DNA from: Candidatus Omnitrophota bacterium | Lineage (GTDB): Bacteria > Omnitrophota > Gorgyraeia > Zapsychrales > Zapsychraceae | Direction: 5' to 3' | Assembly (NCBI GenBank): GCA_023247445.1 | Contig: JAHFGL010000002.1 | Coordinates: 64,553 to 128,552, forward strand | Length of the DNA: 64,000 nt | Shown here: piece by piece, positions 1-9,145 of the stretch | Numbering within the stretch: position 1 is the stretch's first letter | How the letters are laid out: each line of letters opens with the position of its first letter | Made by a program: the position numbers and the translations under genes | Notes under the pieces: generated by a model | What the model was told of the DNA's origin: nothing | Database searches by the model: none | Seen by the model: the letters and a program-made list of their open reading frames with translations, nothing else

Positions 1-72
1 GACAATAAATTCGACTCTTGAGACAAGAGAACCCCACTTAACTATTTGAAAATTTATTCTTAAATTATTCTC

Positions 73-897
73 ATGAGCATATTTACAGCTCTAAACTTAG
101 AACGTGAACCATTCTCAACAAGCCCGGATCCTTCCTTTTTTTACCACTCCAAGGAACATTACACAGCCCTTAATCGATTAGAAATTGCGATTCGCTTAAA
201 GCGAGGATTAAGTCTTGTCTTAGGTGATGTGGGGACAGGAAAAACAACACTGTCACGGGCTTTGTTCCAATCCTTTGCGGGCGAGGAAAAAGATTATATT
301 TTTCATATGATTTTGACCCCTTCTTTTAAATCGGAATATCAATTTCTGGCGCATTTAACAAAATTGTTTGGCATTAGTCCATTTTTTCGATCCGTTATCG
401 ATCATCGCGAGGCTATTGAAAAATATTTGTTTACCAAATGTGTTGAGGAACAAAAGACCGTCGTGCTTTTAATTGATGAAGGGCAGAAATTAACATTGCC
501 TCAATTAGAGATTTTACGGACACTGCTCAACTATGAAACGAACGAATATAAATTATTACAGCTGGTGATTCTTGGACAGATGGAGCTTCTGCCACGCATT
601 AAAAATATCAGAAACTTCATGGATAGAATTAGTTTTAAATATATCCTTAACCCGTTGGATGAATATGAAACGGGGCAAATGATCGAGTTTAGGTTAAGGC
701 AAGCCGGCTATAACGCTGATAAAAAACTTTTTACGTTTGAAGCTGTCAGAAAAATTCACCAATCGACCCAAGGATACCCTCGTCAGATATCGCGTATTTG
801 TCATAATGTCATTGAGTATCTAATTAGTGAAAATGGTGAAGTGGTCACCGCTGAAATCATTGATCAAATCATTACTCGTGAAAAGATATGGAATTAG
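73..897 (+). CDS. ExeA/GspA-family AAA ATPase (type II secretion/pilus associated)
   Basis: N-terminal EPFSTSPDPSFFY, Walker A GDVGTGKTT, Walker B VLLIDEGQ, LVILGQMEL and TQGYPRQI, typical of ExeA; upstream of a secretin. Confidence 0.88.
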   Translation: MSIFTALNLEREPFSTSPDPSFFYHSKEHYTALNRLEIAIRLKRGLSLVLGDVGTGKTTLSRALFQSFAGEEKDYIFHMILTPSFKSEYQFLAHLTKLFGISPFFRSVIDHREAIEKYLFTKCVEEQKTVVLLIDEGQKLTLPQLEILRTLLNYETNEYKLLQLVILGQMELLPRIKNIRNFMDRISFKYILNPLDEYETGQMIEFRLRQAGYNADKKLFTFEAVRKIHQSTQGYPRQISRICHNVIEYLISENGEVVTAEIIDQIITREKIWN

Positions 898-900
898 GCC

Positions 901-1515
901 ATGGACACTCCTTTGACATCGGAAGAAAAATTATTAAAGCTTATTCGTAAGAAAAATAATTTAGCGGTGAATAAGGAAGTTGGCAAAAATCAGAAGGTCA
1001 GCGGGCCTCGATTAACGTTTTCGTTTGGCAAAGGTTTTCATGTTGATATTTTAAGTCTTGTTAATGGTTTATTGCTTCTTGCTGCTTTAGGGGTTTTATC
1101 ATTCTTAATAGGTAAGTTTTTTATATTTAATAATAAACCAATGATTATAACTGAAGAGCAGGTAGAATCTCCTGTTAAGAAAAATACAGAGGCCCAACCT
1201 TTAACTAAATCTTCTGCTGATTTTGACACTTATAAAAATCAAATTGGACAACGAGATATTTTTCAGCTTCCTTGGGAGCGGGAAGTAATCCCGGAAACGG
1301 CTGATACTAACTTGACGCAAGATCTTAGCCAGCAAATCAAGGTCATAGGAATTCTTTTGGATAATGATCCCAAGGCGATAGTTGAAGATATTACGGGCCA
1401 ACAGACTTTGTTTATGTCCAAGGGAGAGCATATTGGTAATGCTGTTTTAGAGGACATACAGGAAGATAAAGTAATTTTCATGTATAACAATAAAAAGGTT
1501 GAACTAGCTCCGTAA
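901..1515 (+). CDS. GspC/PilP-like bitopic membrane protein
   Basis: One TM segment, RDIF motif, C-terminal beta domain IKVIGILLDNDPKAIVED...GEHIGNAVLEDIQEDKVIF; lies between ExeA and secretin. Confidence 0.65.
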   Translation: MDTPLTSEEKLLKLIRKKNNLAVNKEVGKNQKVSGPRLTFSFGKGFHVDILSLVNGLLLLAALGVLSFLIGKFFIFNNKPMIITEEQVESPVKKNTEAQPLTKSSADFDTYKNQIGQRDIFQLPWEREVIPETADTNLTQDLSQQIKVIGILLDNDPKAIVEDITGQQTLFMSKGEHIGNAVLEDIQEDKVIFMYNNKKVELAP

Positions 1516-1518
1516 ACC

Positions 1519-1542
1519 CGGATTTTGCAATAGCAAAATCCG
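1519..1542 (+). other. Stem-loop immediately after the gspC-like stop codon
   Basis: cggattttgc-aata-gcaaaatccg perfect 10-bp stem; no clear U-tract, so terminator function is unproven. Confidence 0.45.
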
Positions 1543-1806
1543 CATTGACTTTCCTTAAATTTTTCATTGTAGTCAATACTGCACTGGTTATTTCTGGTAG
1601 AAAAAGTCAATGCAGTACTGATTACAAAAGTTAACGTTAAGGAAAACCAGTGCCGCCCAAAGGGCCGACAAAGTTGATATCGTCGGAGATATCGACAACT
1701 TTGGCGGGGTAATTCCATAATTTTGAACGCACATTTTTGTACATAAATTATGTGTGCGTGCAAAATTTGGGATAAAATACATTTTCTTTTAAAAAGGTTA
1801 TTCGTT

Positions 1807-3624
1807 ATGAGACAACGACAGCAAAAATTTTTGATTTTTATTTTAATGATGACAGCGATGCTTGTTTCGCCCATTCGTATAGCTTTCGCTCAAGTAAATG
1901 ATGCTCTATCATTGGATGGGATTAGTATTAGCCCAGAAGATATGCAAAAAGTTTGGGGATCACTAGATGCCGTTAGCGATCCCAATATTCGTGAAATGCT
2001 TCGATTAAAGTTAGAAGGAAAAACAGTTGCTGATATTGCTGCGCAGATGGGAGTCAGTGAGGAGGAAGTTGGCCGTTCGCTTATGACAGGAGCAATGATT
2101 CTTAAAAATGTAATCAATGTACAAGGTGGGGCCCAACCAACAGAAGAATTAACTTCTGAGACAATATCAGATAATTATTCAGCAGGTCCAGAAGGGAATG
2201 CCAAAGTTGTCGCTCATGGAAATACTAAGTCACGGCTTTTGGATGTCCTTGATTTAAAGAATATGGATATTCTCGATGTTCTTAAATTGATCTCACAGAA
2301 AACAGGGCTCAACATTGTGGCTAGTCAAAATGTTAAAGGCCGAATTACGGTTTATCTGAAAAATATCGACGTTTTAGAAGCTTTAAAGATTATTGTTAAT
2401 TCTTATGCGTGGGCTTATGGGAAAGAAGGCGAAACTGTCATGGTTATGACGGATAAAGAATTTCAGGACAAATATGGTTATAAATTTGGAGAAGATTTTG
2501 AGACACGGATAAAAAAGTTGATTTATGCCAGCGCCACCGATGCCTTGGCAATTTTAAATCAGGTAAAATCTAATTCCGGTAAGATCATTGCTGAGGAGAA
2601 ATCAAACACACTTATTTTAATGGACACGGTTGTGAAGCTTGATGAAATGGAAAATATTTTGAAACAAATTGATGTGGCCACTCAAACCCAGGTTTTTAAT
2701 TTAAGTTATGCGAAAGCAGAAGATATTTCGACGAAGATTACGGAAATTCTAACGCCCAATATTGGGAAGATGAAATTTGATGAGCGTTCTAATCGCGTCG
2801 TTGTCTCGGATACACCGCGTAAAATAGAAGAGATTAAGAAGTTTGTTGATGCCTTTGATCAACAACATAAAGAAGTTCTTATTGAGGCAAAAATTATTCA
2901 GATCACACTCGATGATACGCATAAAATGGGCGTTAATTGGGAAACTGTAGTTGCTAATTATCATAATTTGGATTTAACTTCTAATTTTGATATTCTAAGT
3001 ACAACAGATAAAAGAGGCAAGATAACGGTTGGAACAATTGCTGACGACAGATATATCGCTACCATTGAAGCGCTCGATACGGTTGGAACCACCGATATTC
3101 TCTCTAGCCCACGTATTACTACCGTCAATAATAAAGAGGCGAAGATTTTGGTTGGTTCAACAGAGCCTTATGTGACGACAACAACAACGACGCCAGCAAC
3201 TGGGCCAACAACAACAGCAGAGAGTGTTAATTTTATTGAAGTGGGTGTAAAATTATTTGTTACTCCAACAATTCATAATGATGATTACATTACGATGAAG
3301 ATTAGACCTGAAGTAAGTTCGGTTGTTAGAAGTTTAACGACGAGTAATAATAACAGCATTCCTATTGTTGAAACGTCCCAAGCGGAAACAACCGTGATGG
3401 TTAAAGATGGGGCGACTATTGTTATCGGTGGGTTGATGAAAGAATCAAAAACTAAATCGGTTAAGAAAGTTCCCCTGTTGGGTGATATTCCTTGGCTGGG
3501 AGGAGCATTTAAGAGTACCAATGATTCGGTGCAGAAGACCGAAATAGTTATCTTTTTATCTCCTCGGATTGTCACCGGAGACATCCAAGGAAATACTCCA
3601 GTAACCACTTCGTTAGCCAAATAG
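1807..3624 (+). CDS. Secretin (GspD/PilQ family) with an extra N-terminal HTH-like segment
   Basis: Signal peptide ending AFA; STN/N0 domain (LDLKNMDILDVLKLISQKTGLNIV); Secretin_N repeats; secretin core (ILSSPRITTVNNKEAKILVG, KVPLLGDIPWLGGAFK, TEIVIFLSPRIV). ATG 1807 preferred over 1750. Confidence 0.9.
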   Translation: MRQRQQKFLIFILMMTAMLVSPIRIAFAQVNDALSLDGISISPEDMQKVWGSLDAVSDPNIREMLRLKLEGKTVADIAAQMGVSEEEVGRSLMTGAMILKNVINVQGGAQPTEELTSETISDNYSAGPEGNAKVVAHGNTKSRLLDVLDLKNMDILDVLKLISQKTGLNIVASQNVKGRITVYLKNIDVLEALKIIVNSYAWAYGKEGETVMVMTDKEFQDKYGYKFGEDFETRIKKLIYASATDALAILNQVKSNSGKIIAEEKSNTLILMDTVVKLDEMENILKQIDVATQTQVFNLSYAKAEDISTKITEILTPNIGKMKFDERSNRVVVSDTPRKIEEIKKFVDAFDQQHKEVLIEAKIIQITLDDTHKMGVNWETVVANYHNLDLTSNFDILSTTDKRGKITVGTIADDRYIATIEALDTVGTTDILSSPRITTVNNKEAKILVGSTEPYVTTTTTTPATGPTTTAESVNFIEVGVKLFVTPTIHNDDYITMKIRPEVSSVVRSLTTSNNNSIPIVETSQAETTVMVKDGATIVIGGLMKESKTKSVKKVPLLGDIPWLGGAFKSTNDSVQKTEIVIFLSPRIVTGDIQGNTPVTTSLAK

Positions 3625-3628
3625 ATTT

Positions 3629-4915
3629 ATGAAATTTTATACGGATCTGCATCTTCATTCGCATTACTCGCGTGCCACCAGTAAAGATTCAGACCTAGAG
3701 CACTTGTGGCTTTGGGCACAGCTCAAAGGTATTGATGTGCTTGGAACGGGAGATTTTGTCCATCCCGGTTGGTTGGATGAATTAAAGAAGAAATTGGAAC
3801 CCGCCGAAGAAGGGTTGTTTAAATTAAAATCGCAATTCGTCAAGACAATAGAAGGTGAGGTTCCCAAAGCTTGCCAGGGACAAGTTCGTTTTTTACTTTC
3901 TGTTGAGATATCAAATATTTATAAACGATTAGATAAGGTTAGAAAAGTTCATAATCTTATTTTTACGCCAAGCTTTGATGCGGCGGATAAACTTCAGAAA
4001 AGATTAGAGGCCATTGGCAATATCCGTTCAGATGGCCGTCCAATTTTGGGACTCGATTCGCGCAATCTTCTGGAAATTGTTTTAGAAACAGATCCTTCGG
4101 CGTATCTTATCCCGGCACACATTTGGACACCGTGGTTCTCGGCTCTGGGGTCTAAAGGCGGATTCGATCGAATGGAAGATTGTTTTGCTGATTTAACGAA
4201 ACACATTTTTGCCGTTGAAACAGGGCTTTCATCAGATCCACTGATGAATTGGCGACTCTCTCAACTTGATCCCTATGTGCTTGTTTCAAATTCTGATGCA
4301 CATTCGCCCGGAAAATTAGCACGAGAAGCAACGATGTTTGATACAGATCTTTCTTATCAAGGAATCTATCGCGCGTTGTCGGATAAGAAAGACAAGGGAC
4401 TTGTGGGAACGATTGAATTTTTTCCAGAAGAAGGAAAATATCATTATGATGGCCATCGCGATTGTAAGACACGTCTTCATCCCCAGGAGACCATTAAGAA
4501 TAAGGGACTGTGTCCAGTGTGTAAAAAATCCGTCACGGTGGGGGTCATGGCGCGTGTTGAAGAACTAGCGGATCATCCAGAAGGACGAAAATCTCCTCGG
4601 GCAAGACCGTATTTTAATTTAGTTCCTTTGCCTGAGATCGTTGCTGAATCAAAAGGAGTTGGAGCGGCTTCCAAAGTAGTTAATGAAATTTATGGACAGA
4701 TGTTAGCCAAATTAGGTAATGAACTTTATATCTTGCGCGAGGCCCCACTTAAAGATATAGAGGGTGTGGCTGGTGATTTAGTTGCGCAAGGCATTGATCA
4801 TGTCCGTCAAGGAAAAGTGAATATTGCCGCCGGATATGATGGGGAGTATGGGAAGGTTCATCTTTTTTCTGATGAGGATAGGACAGCAAAAGAAGGACAG
4901 CTGACACTATTTTAA
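3629..4915 (+). CDS. Endonuclease Q-family PHP-domain nuclease
   Basis: DLHLHSHYSRATS, LGTGDFVHP, PAHIWTPWFS, VETGLSSD, SNSDAHS, GKYHYDGHRDC...CPVC zinc site, GYDGEYG. Confidence 0.88.
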   Translation: MKFYTDLHLHSHYSRATSKDSDLEHLWLWAQLKGIDVLGTGDFVHPGWLDELKKKLEPAEEGLFKLKSQFVKTIEGEVPKACQGQVRFLLSVEISNIYKRLDKVRKVHNLIFTPSFDAADKLQKRLEAIGNIRSDGRPILGLDSRNLLEIVLETDPSAYLIPAHIWTPWFSALGSKGGFDRMEDCFADLTKHIFAVETGLSSDPLMNWRLSQLDPYVLVSNSDAHSPGKLAREATMFDTDLSYQGIYRALSDKKDKGLVGTIEFFPEEGKYHYDGHRDCKTRLHPQETIKNKGLCPVCKKSVTVGVMARVEELADHPEGRKSPRARPYFNLVPLPEIVAESKGVGAASKVVNEIYGQMLAKLGNELYILREAPLKDIEGVAGDLVAQGIDHVRQGKVNIAAGYDGEYGKVHLFSDEDRTAKEGQLTLF

Positions 4916-5043
4916 AACCCTAAATCCTAAACTCAAAACTCTAAATAAATTTCAAACATAAAATTAAAAAGTTAAAACCGTTTTAAGTTTTGTATTTTAA
5001 GTTTAAATTTTATTTAGAGTTTTGGATTTAGAGTTTAGAATTT
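4915..5043. repeat. AT-rich inverted array of degenerate heptamers
   Basis: aaaccct/aaatcct/aaactct units on the left, complements on the right; perfect 16-bp inverted repeat caaaactctaaataaa (4934-4949) / tttatttagagttttg (5009-5024). Confidence 0.75.
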
Positions 5044-5052
5044 ATATCAAAA

Positions 5053-6564
5053 ATGATTAATAAAATTCCAAAAGATGTTAATGAATCTCAATGGCAAGCG
5101 ATTTGTCACGATGGCAGTCACTTGCTCATTGTTGCGGGTCCAGGAACGGGCAAAACGCATACCTTGACTTACCGAATTGCTCGTCTAGCCGAGCAGCTTA
5201 ATGTTGGGCAGCGCATTTTATCGATTACGTTTACGAATAAGGCCACTGAGGAAATGCAAAAGCGTTTAGAAAAGAAATTTCCTGGTATCGAAAGTCGTGT
5301 TTGTGTCACCACATTCCATGGATTTTGTTTACAGTTATTAAGGGATCATGCTGATTTGAATCATTTGCCAAAAGATTTTAAGGTGGCAACGCCGGAAGAG
5401 ATTGATCTGTTAATTAAAGAATTGTGGATGGATAAGAGTGCCGGTGAGCGTAAAAATATCCTTAATGATATTTCTCGATATAAAGCCTTGGTGACAAAAG
5501 ATAGCGGCGTTTGTTTGGATCAATATAATTCTTTTTTAAGAGCGCGCGGATTTATAGATTTTGATGATTTATTGACGCAGGCCCTGAATCTTCTTCAGCA
5601 TAATGAAGAGACTCTAAAACAAACTCAGTTGAGCTATCCTTTTATTTTTGTCGATGAGTATCAAGATATTAATCCGATACAGCATGAGTTGTTAAAGATT
5701 TTAGTTACAGATAATGTTCATATAACGGCTATTGGTGATCCAAATCAGGCCATTTATGGCTTTCGTGGATCGGATGTTCGCTTCTTTGAAAGTTTTGTCA
5801 AAGATTTTCCTCAAGCACAGAAATATTTTCTTTCTGAGAATTATCGTTCAACGGCAAATTTGCTCGAGGCTTCAACACAGGTAATCAGTAAAAATAATTT
5901 TGGTGTTCCTGCTTTAACCGCGCATCTTTATGATCAAGGTCAGCTAACAATTTATGAGGCTTCGACGGATAAGGCTGAAGCGGAATATGTTGTTCATCAA
6001 ATTGAGAAAATGGTTGGCGGCACGAGCATGTTTTCACAAGATTCTAATCGCGTGACCAATGATCAAAAAGCTGATTATAGTTTTGGCGATATCGTTATCC
6101 TTTATCGATTAAACGCGCTACGAAATATTTTGGAAAAAGCATTTTTACGTAGCGGCATTCCTTTTCAGGTCTCTGGCAACAAGCCACACGCGTGTGATGA
6201 TCCTTTTGTTCGCCAAGCCGAGAAGGTAAATTTGATGACTATCCATGCTGCGAAAGGGCTTGAGTTCCCCGTTGTTTTTATGATTGGTTGCGAAGAACAT
6301 CTTTTACCACTTTGTCTTCCCGGATTAGAATCGGATCATGAAGAAGAACGACGGTTGTTTTATGTTGGGATGACGCGGGCCAAAGAAAAATTATATTTTA
6401 CGCGAGCGCAGCGGCGAGCTCTATTTGGCAAGATTTCGCATCCTGCTCCATCAATATATTTAGAAGATATTAAAGAAGAATTAAAGCAATATGAAAAACA
6501 AGAACATCATTCTAAATTTAATTCTGCTAAGAATGAGGCAATTCAATTAACGCTTTTTAAATAA
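5053..6564 (+). CDS. UvrD/PcrA-family SF1A DNA helicase, compact
   Basis: AGPGTGKT, ITFTNKA, TFHGF, VDEYQD, GDPNQAIYGFRG, NYRS, LYR, MTIHAAKGLEF, EERRLFYVGMTRAK. Confidence 0.93.
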   Translation: MINKIPKDVNESQWQAICHDGSHLLIVAGPGTGKTHTLTYRIARLAEQLNVGQRILSITFTNKATEEMQKRLEKKFPGIESRVCVTTFHGFCLQLLRDHADLNHLPKDFKVATPEEIDLLIKELWMDKSAGERKNILNDISRYKALVTKDSGVCLDQYNSFLRARGFIDFDDLLTQALNLLQHNEETLKQTQLSYPFIFVDEYQDINPIQHELLKILVTDNVHITAIGDPNQAIYGFRGSDVRFFESFVKDFPQAQKYFLSENYRSTANLLEASTQVISKNNFGVPALTAHLYDQGQLTIYEASTDKAEAEYVVHQIEKMVGGTSMFSQDSNRVTNDQKADYSFGDIVILYRLNALRNILEKAFLRSGIPFQVSGNKPHACDDPFVRQAEKVNLMTIHAAKGLEFPVVFMIGCEEHLLPLCLPGLESDHEEERRLFYVGMTRAKEKLYFTRAQRRALFGKISHPAPSIYLEDIKEELKQYEKQEHHSKFNSAKNEAIQLTLFK

Positions 6565-6589
6565 ATATTTCTTTAAAAGGAGAATATCA

Positions 6590-6991
6590 ATGACGGCTAG
6601 AGACATTATGACCACCCAAGTTTTAACGGCGCTACCAACAACAACGGTTAAAGAAGCGATGAATCTTTTGGTAGAAGTTGAAATAAGTGGTTTAATTGTG
6701 ACTGATGCAGAAAATAATATTATGGGAGTTGTTACGGAGCGCGATTTACTTGTGGCTTTTGATTTCCTTGGTCATATTAAGGCTCCGATTGCAGATTTTA
6801 TGCATAAAGGGGCTATTAGTGTTCAGGAAGATACGAGTTTAACGGAGGTTAGTCAGCTTTTGGTTCAAGGCGATGTGCGGCGAGTTCCCGTTGTCCGTGA
6901 TACCAAGGTCATTGGTGTTGTCAGCCGTCGAGATATCTTGCGCTATATCTTAAGGCAGAATAAACAAATGGATGAGATGGGTTTGAAATAG
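6590..6991 (+). CDS. CBS-domain pair protein
   Basis: TARDIMT..., MGVVTERDL, RRVPVV...GVVSRRDIL; SD aaggag. Confidence 0.9.
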   Translation: MTARDIMTTQVLTALPTTTVKEAMNLLVEVEISGLIVTDAENNIMGVVTERDLLVAFDFLGHIKAPIADFMHKGAISVQEDTSLTEVSQLLVQGDVRRVPVVRDTKVIGVVSRRDILRYILRQNKQMDEMGLK

Positions 6992-6995
6992 TTGT

Positions 6996-7532
6996 ATGCG
7001 TAAACTTTCCCATGAAGAGATTGTTGGTAGACAAGTTGCACAATTAAAACAAGGGCAGATTCCTTTTTCGGTTATTCTAAATAATGTTCGCAGTCTTTAT
7101 AACGTGGGATCAATCTTTAGAACAAGCGATGGCGCGGGGGTTGAAAAGATTTGGTTGTGTGGGATTACAGGATATCCACCTAATAATCAAATTTCTAAGA
7201 CGGCGTTAGGAGCCGAGGCGCGCGTCCCATGGGAATATCGTTCGGATATTGTTTCAGTTATCAAAGAGCTTAAGGCAAAAAATTATCAACTGGTATTACT
7301 TGAACAAATGCAAAATAGCATCGCGTATCAACAGTTTACTCCTAAGGGCCCTGTGTGTTTAATTCTCGGGAACGAAATTGATGGTGTTTCAAATCAAGTC
7401 GTGAACCATTGCGATAAAGCCATTGAGATCGAGATGGCGGGCGTAAAAAATTCGTTAAATGTAGCGGTTGCCTTCGGCGTTGTTGCGTATCATCTACGTC
7501 ATTGTTTTAAAGCGGCAATGACAAAAGGTTAA
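6996..7532 (+). CDS. SpoU/TrmH-family RNA 2'-O-methyltransferase
   Basis: LNNVRSLYNVGSIFRTSD, ILGNEIDGV, IEMAGVKNSLNVAVAFG. Confidence 0.9.
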   Translation: MRKLSHEEIVGRQVAQLKQGQIPFSVILNNVRSLYNVGSIFRTSDGAGVEKIWLCGITGYPPNNQISKTALGAEARVPWEYRSDIVSVIKELKAKNYQLVLLEQMQNSIAYQQFTPKGPVCLILGNEIDGVSNQVVNHCDKAIEIEMAGVKNSLNVAVAFGVVAYHLRHCFKAAMTKG

Positions 7533-7534
7533 CT

Positions 7535-9124
7535 ATGATTAGAATTATTTTTCTTTTATCGGTTCTTATTACGACAGCCATTATGAGCATTATTTCTTTC
7601 TTTTATCCGCCCATTTGGTGGTTAATGCTTTTTTTTGGTCCGTTATTTTTAATTGGTTTTTTGGATATGCTTCAAACAAAGCATGCGATAAAAAGAAATT
7701 TTCCTTTGCTTGGGAATTTTCGTTATCTTTTGGAACTTATCCGTCCAGAAATCAATCAATATTTTGTTGAATCAAATACCTCGGGAACACCTTTTAGCCG
7801 TGATGAACGCTCCGTTGTTTATCAGCGTGCCAAGGGCGAACTTGATACAATTCCTTTTGGAACACAGAAAAATGTTTATGAGGTTGGTTATGTATGGGTT
7901 AATCATTCGATCATGCCGACAAAAGCTGATCCGGAAAAAATGCGCGTCATTGTCGGTGGACCGGATTGTAAAAAGCCTTACAGTGCAAGTATCCTCAATA
8001 TTGGGGCGATGAGTTTTGGGGCGCTGAGCAGCAATGCGGTTTTAGCGCTTAACGAAGGGGCACGATTGGATAATTTTGCGCATAATACTGGTGAAGGCGG
8101 TTTAAGTAAATATCATTTAGCCGGCGGTGGGGATATCATTTGGCAGATTGGAACAGGTTATTTTGGTTGCCGCACGAAAGATGGCAAATTTGATCCAGGA
8201 CAATTTCAGGAAAAGTCGCAGCATCCCCATGTGAAGATGATTGAAATAAAATTGTCGCAAGGGGCCAAGCCCGGTGGTGGAGGAATTTTGCCAGCCGCTA
8301 AAGTTAGTCGAGAAATCTCCCAGGCGCGTGGCGTGCCCATGGGGCAAGATGTTCTTTCACCATCACGGCATTCTTCATTTGATTCACCCATTGGCCTTCT
8401 TGAATTTGTCGCCAAATTACGTGATTTATCCGGTGGCAAACCGGTTGGATTTAAATTATGTATTGGGAAGCGTCGAGAATTTTTAGCGATCGTTAAAGCG
8501 ATGTTAAAAACAGGGATTACACCTGATTTTATTGCCGTTGATGGAAGTGAAGGAGGAACGGGGGCGGCGCCACTGGAATTTACAAACTATTTAGGATGTC
8601 CACTCATGGAAGGACTGATGTTTGTGCAGAATTCTTTGAAAGGAGCTTCGCTGCGTCCCAAAATTAAAATTTTTGCCAGTGGCAAAGTGACCACAGGGTT
8701 TGGGATGATTCATCGCTTGGCCGTCGGGGCCGATGTGATTTATTCCGCTCGCGGAATGATGATGGCTTTGGGTTGTATTCAAGCGCTTAAATGTAACACC
8801 AATGAATGTCCGGTCGGTGTGACAACACAAGATCCAGGACTTGTGGTGGGACTTGTTGTCCCAGAGAAAAATAAACGGATTGCCTCGTATCACCGGCAGA
8901 CCGTTAAAAGTTTAAGTCAATTAATTGGAGCGATGGGATTAGAACATTCCAGTGAGCTTAGGCCATGGCATATTATGAAGAGGGTGAGCTCTTCTGAGAT
9001 TCGAAACTATGCTGAAATTTATGAATTTTTAAAAGACGGAGAACTTCTTTCTAATCCACCGGCTTCTTTTCGCCGGGCTTGGGATTTAGCCAGAGAAGAA
9101 AGCTTTGCGCACGAGGGTGATTAG
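7535..9124 (+). CDS. FMN-binding glutamate synthase family protein with N-terminal TM helices
   Basis: AMSFGALS, NTGEGG, IWQIGTG, IEIKLSQGAKPG, KPVGFK, DGSEGGTGAAP, GCIQALKCNTNECPVGVTTQ. Confidence 0.9.
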   Translation: MIRIIFLLSVLITTAIMSIISFFYPPIWWLMLFFGPLFLIGFLDMLQTKHAIKRNFPLLGNFRYLLELIRPEINQYFVESNTSGTPFSRDERSVVYQRAKGELDTIPFGTQKNVYEVGYVWVNHSIMPTKADPEKMRVIVGGPDCKKPYSASILNIGAMSFGALSSNAVLALNEGARLDNFAHNTGEGGLSKYHLAGGGDIIWQIGTGYFGCRTKDGKFDPGQFQEKSQHPHVKMIEIKLSQGAKPGGGGILPAAKVSREISQARGVPMGQDVLSPSRHSSFDSPIGLLEFVAKLRDLSGGKPVGFKLCIGKRREFLAIVKAMLKTGITPDFIAVDGSEGGTGAAPLEFTNYLGCPLMEGLMFVQNSLKGASLRPKIKIFASGKVTTGFGMIHRLAVGADVIYSARGMMMALGCIQALKCNTNECPVGVTTQDPGLVVGLVVPEKNKRIASYHRQTVKSLSQLIGAMGLEHSSELRPWHIMKRVSSSEIRNYAEIYEFLKDGELLSNPPASFRRAWDLAREESFAHEGD

Positions 9125-9145
9125 GCCAATAAAAAAGGAACCAAT

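Noticed and set aside
1263-1874. 203-aa minus-strand ORF and the many other short antisense or alternate-frame ORFs in the track
   Set aside because: They overlap well-supported + strand genes, have no recognisable motifs, and are the expected shadow ORFs
3172-3220. aca/acg-rich run in the secretin as a contingency repeat
   Set aside because: It encodes the Thr-rich loop usual in secretin cores and is imperfect at the DNA level
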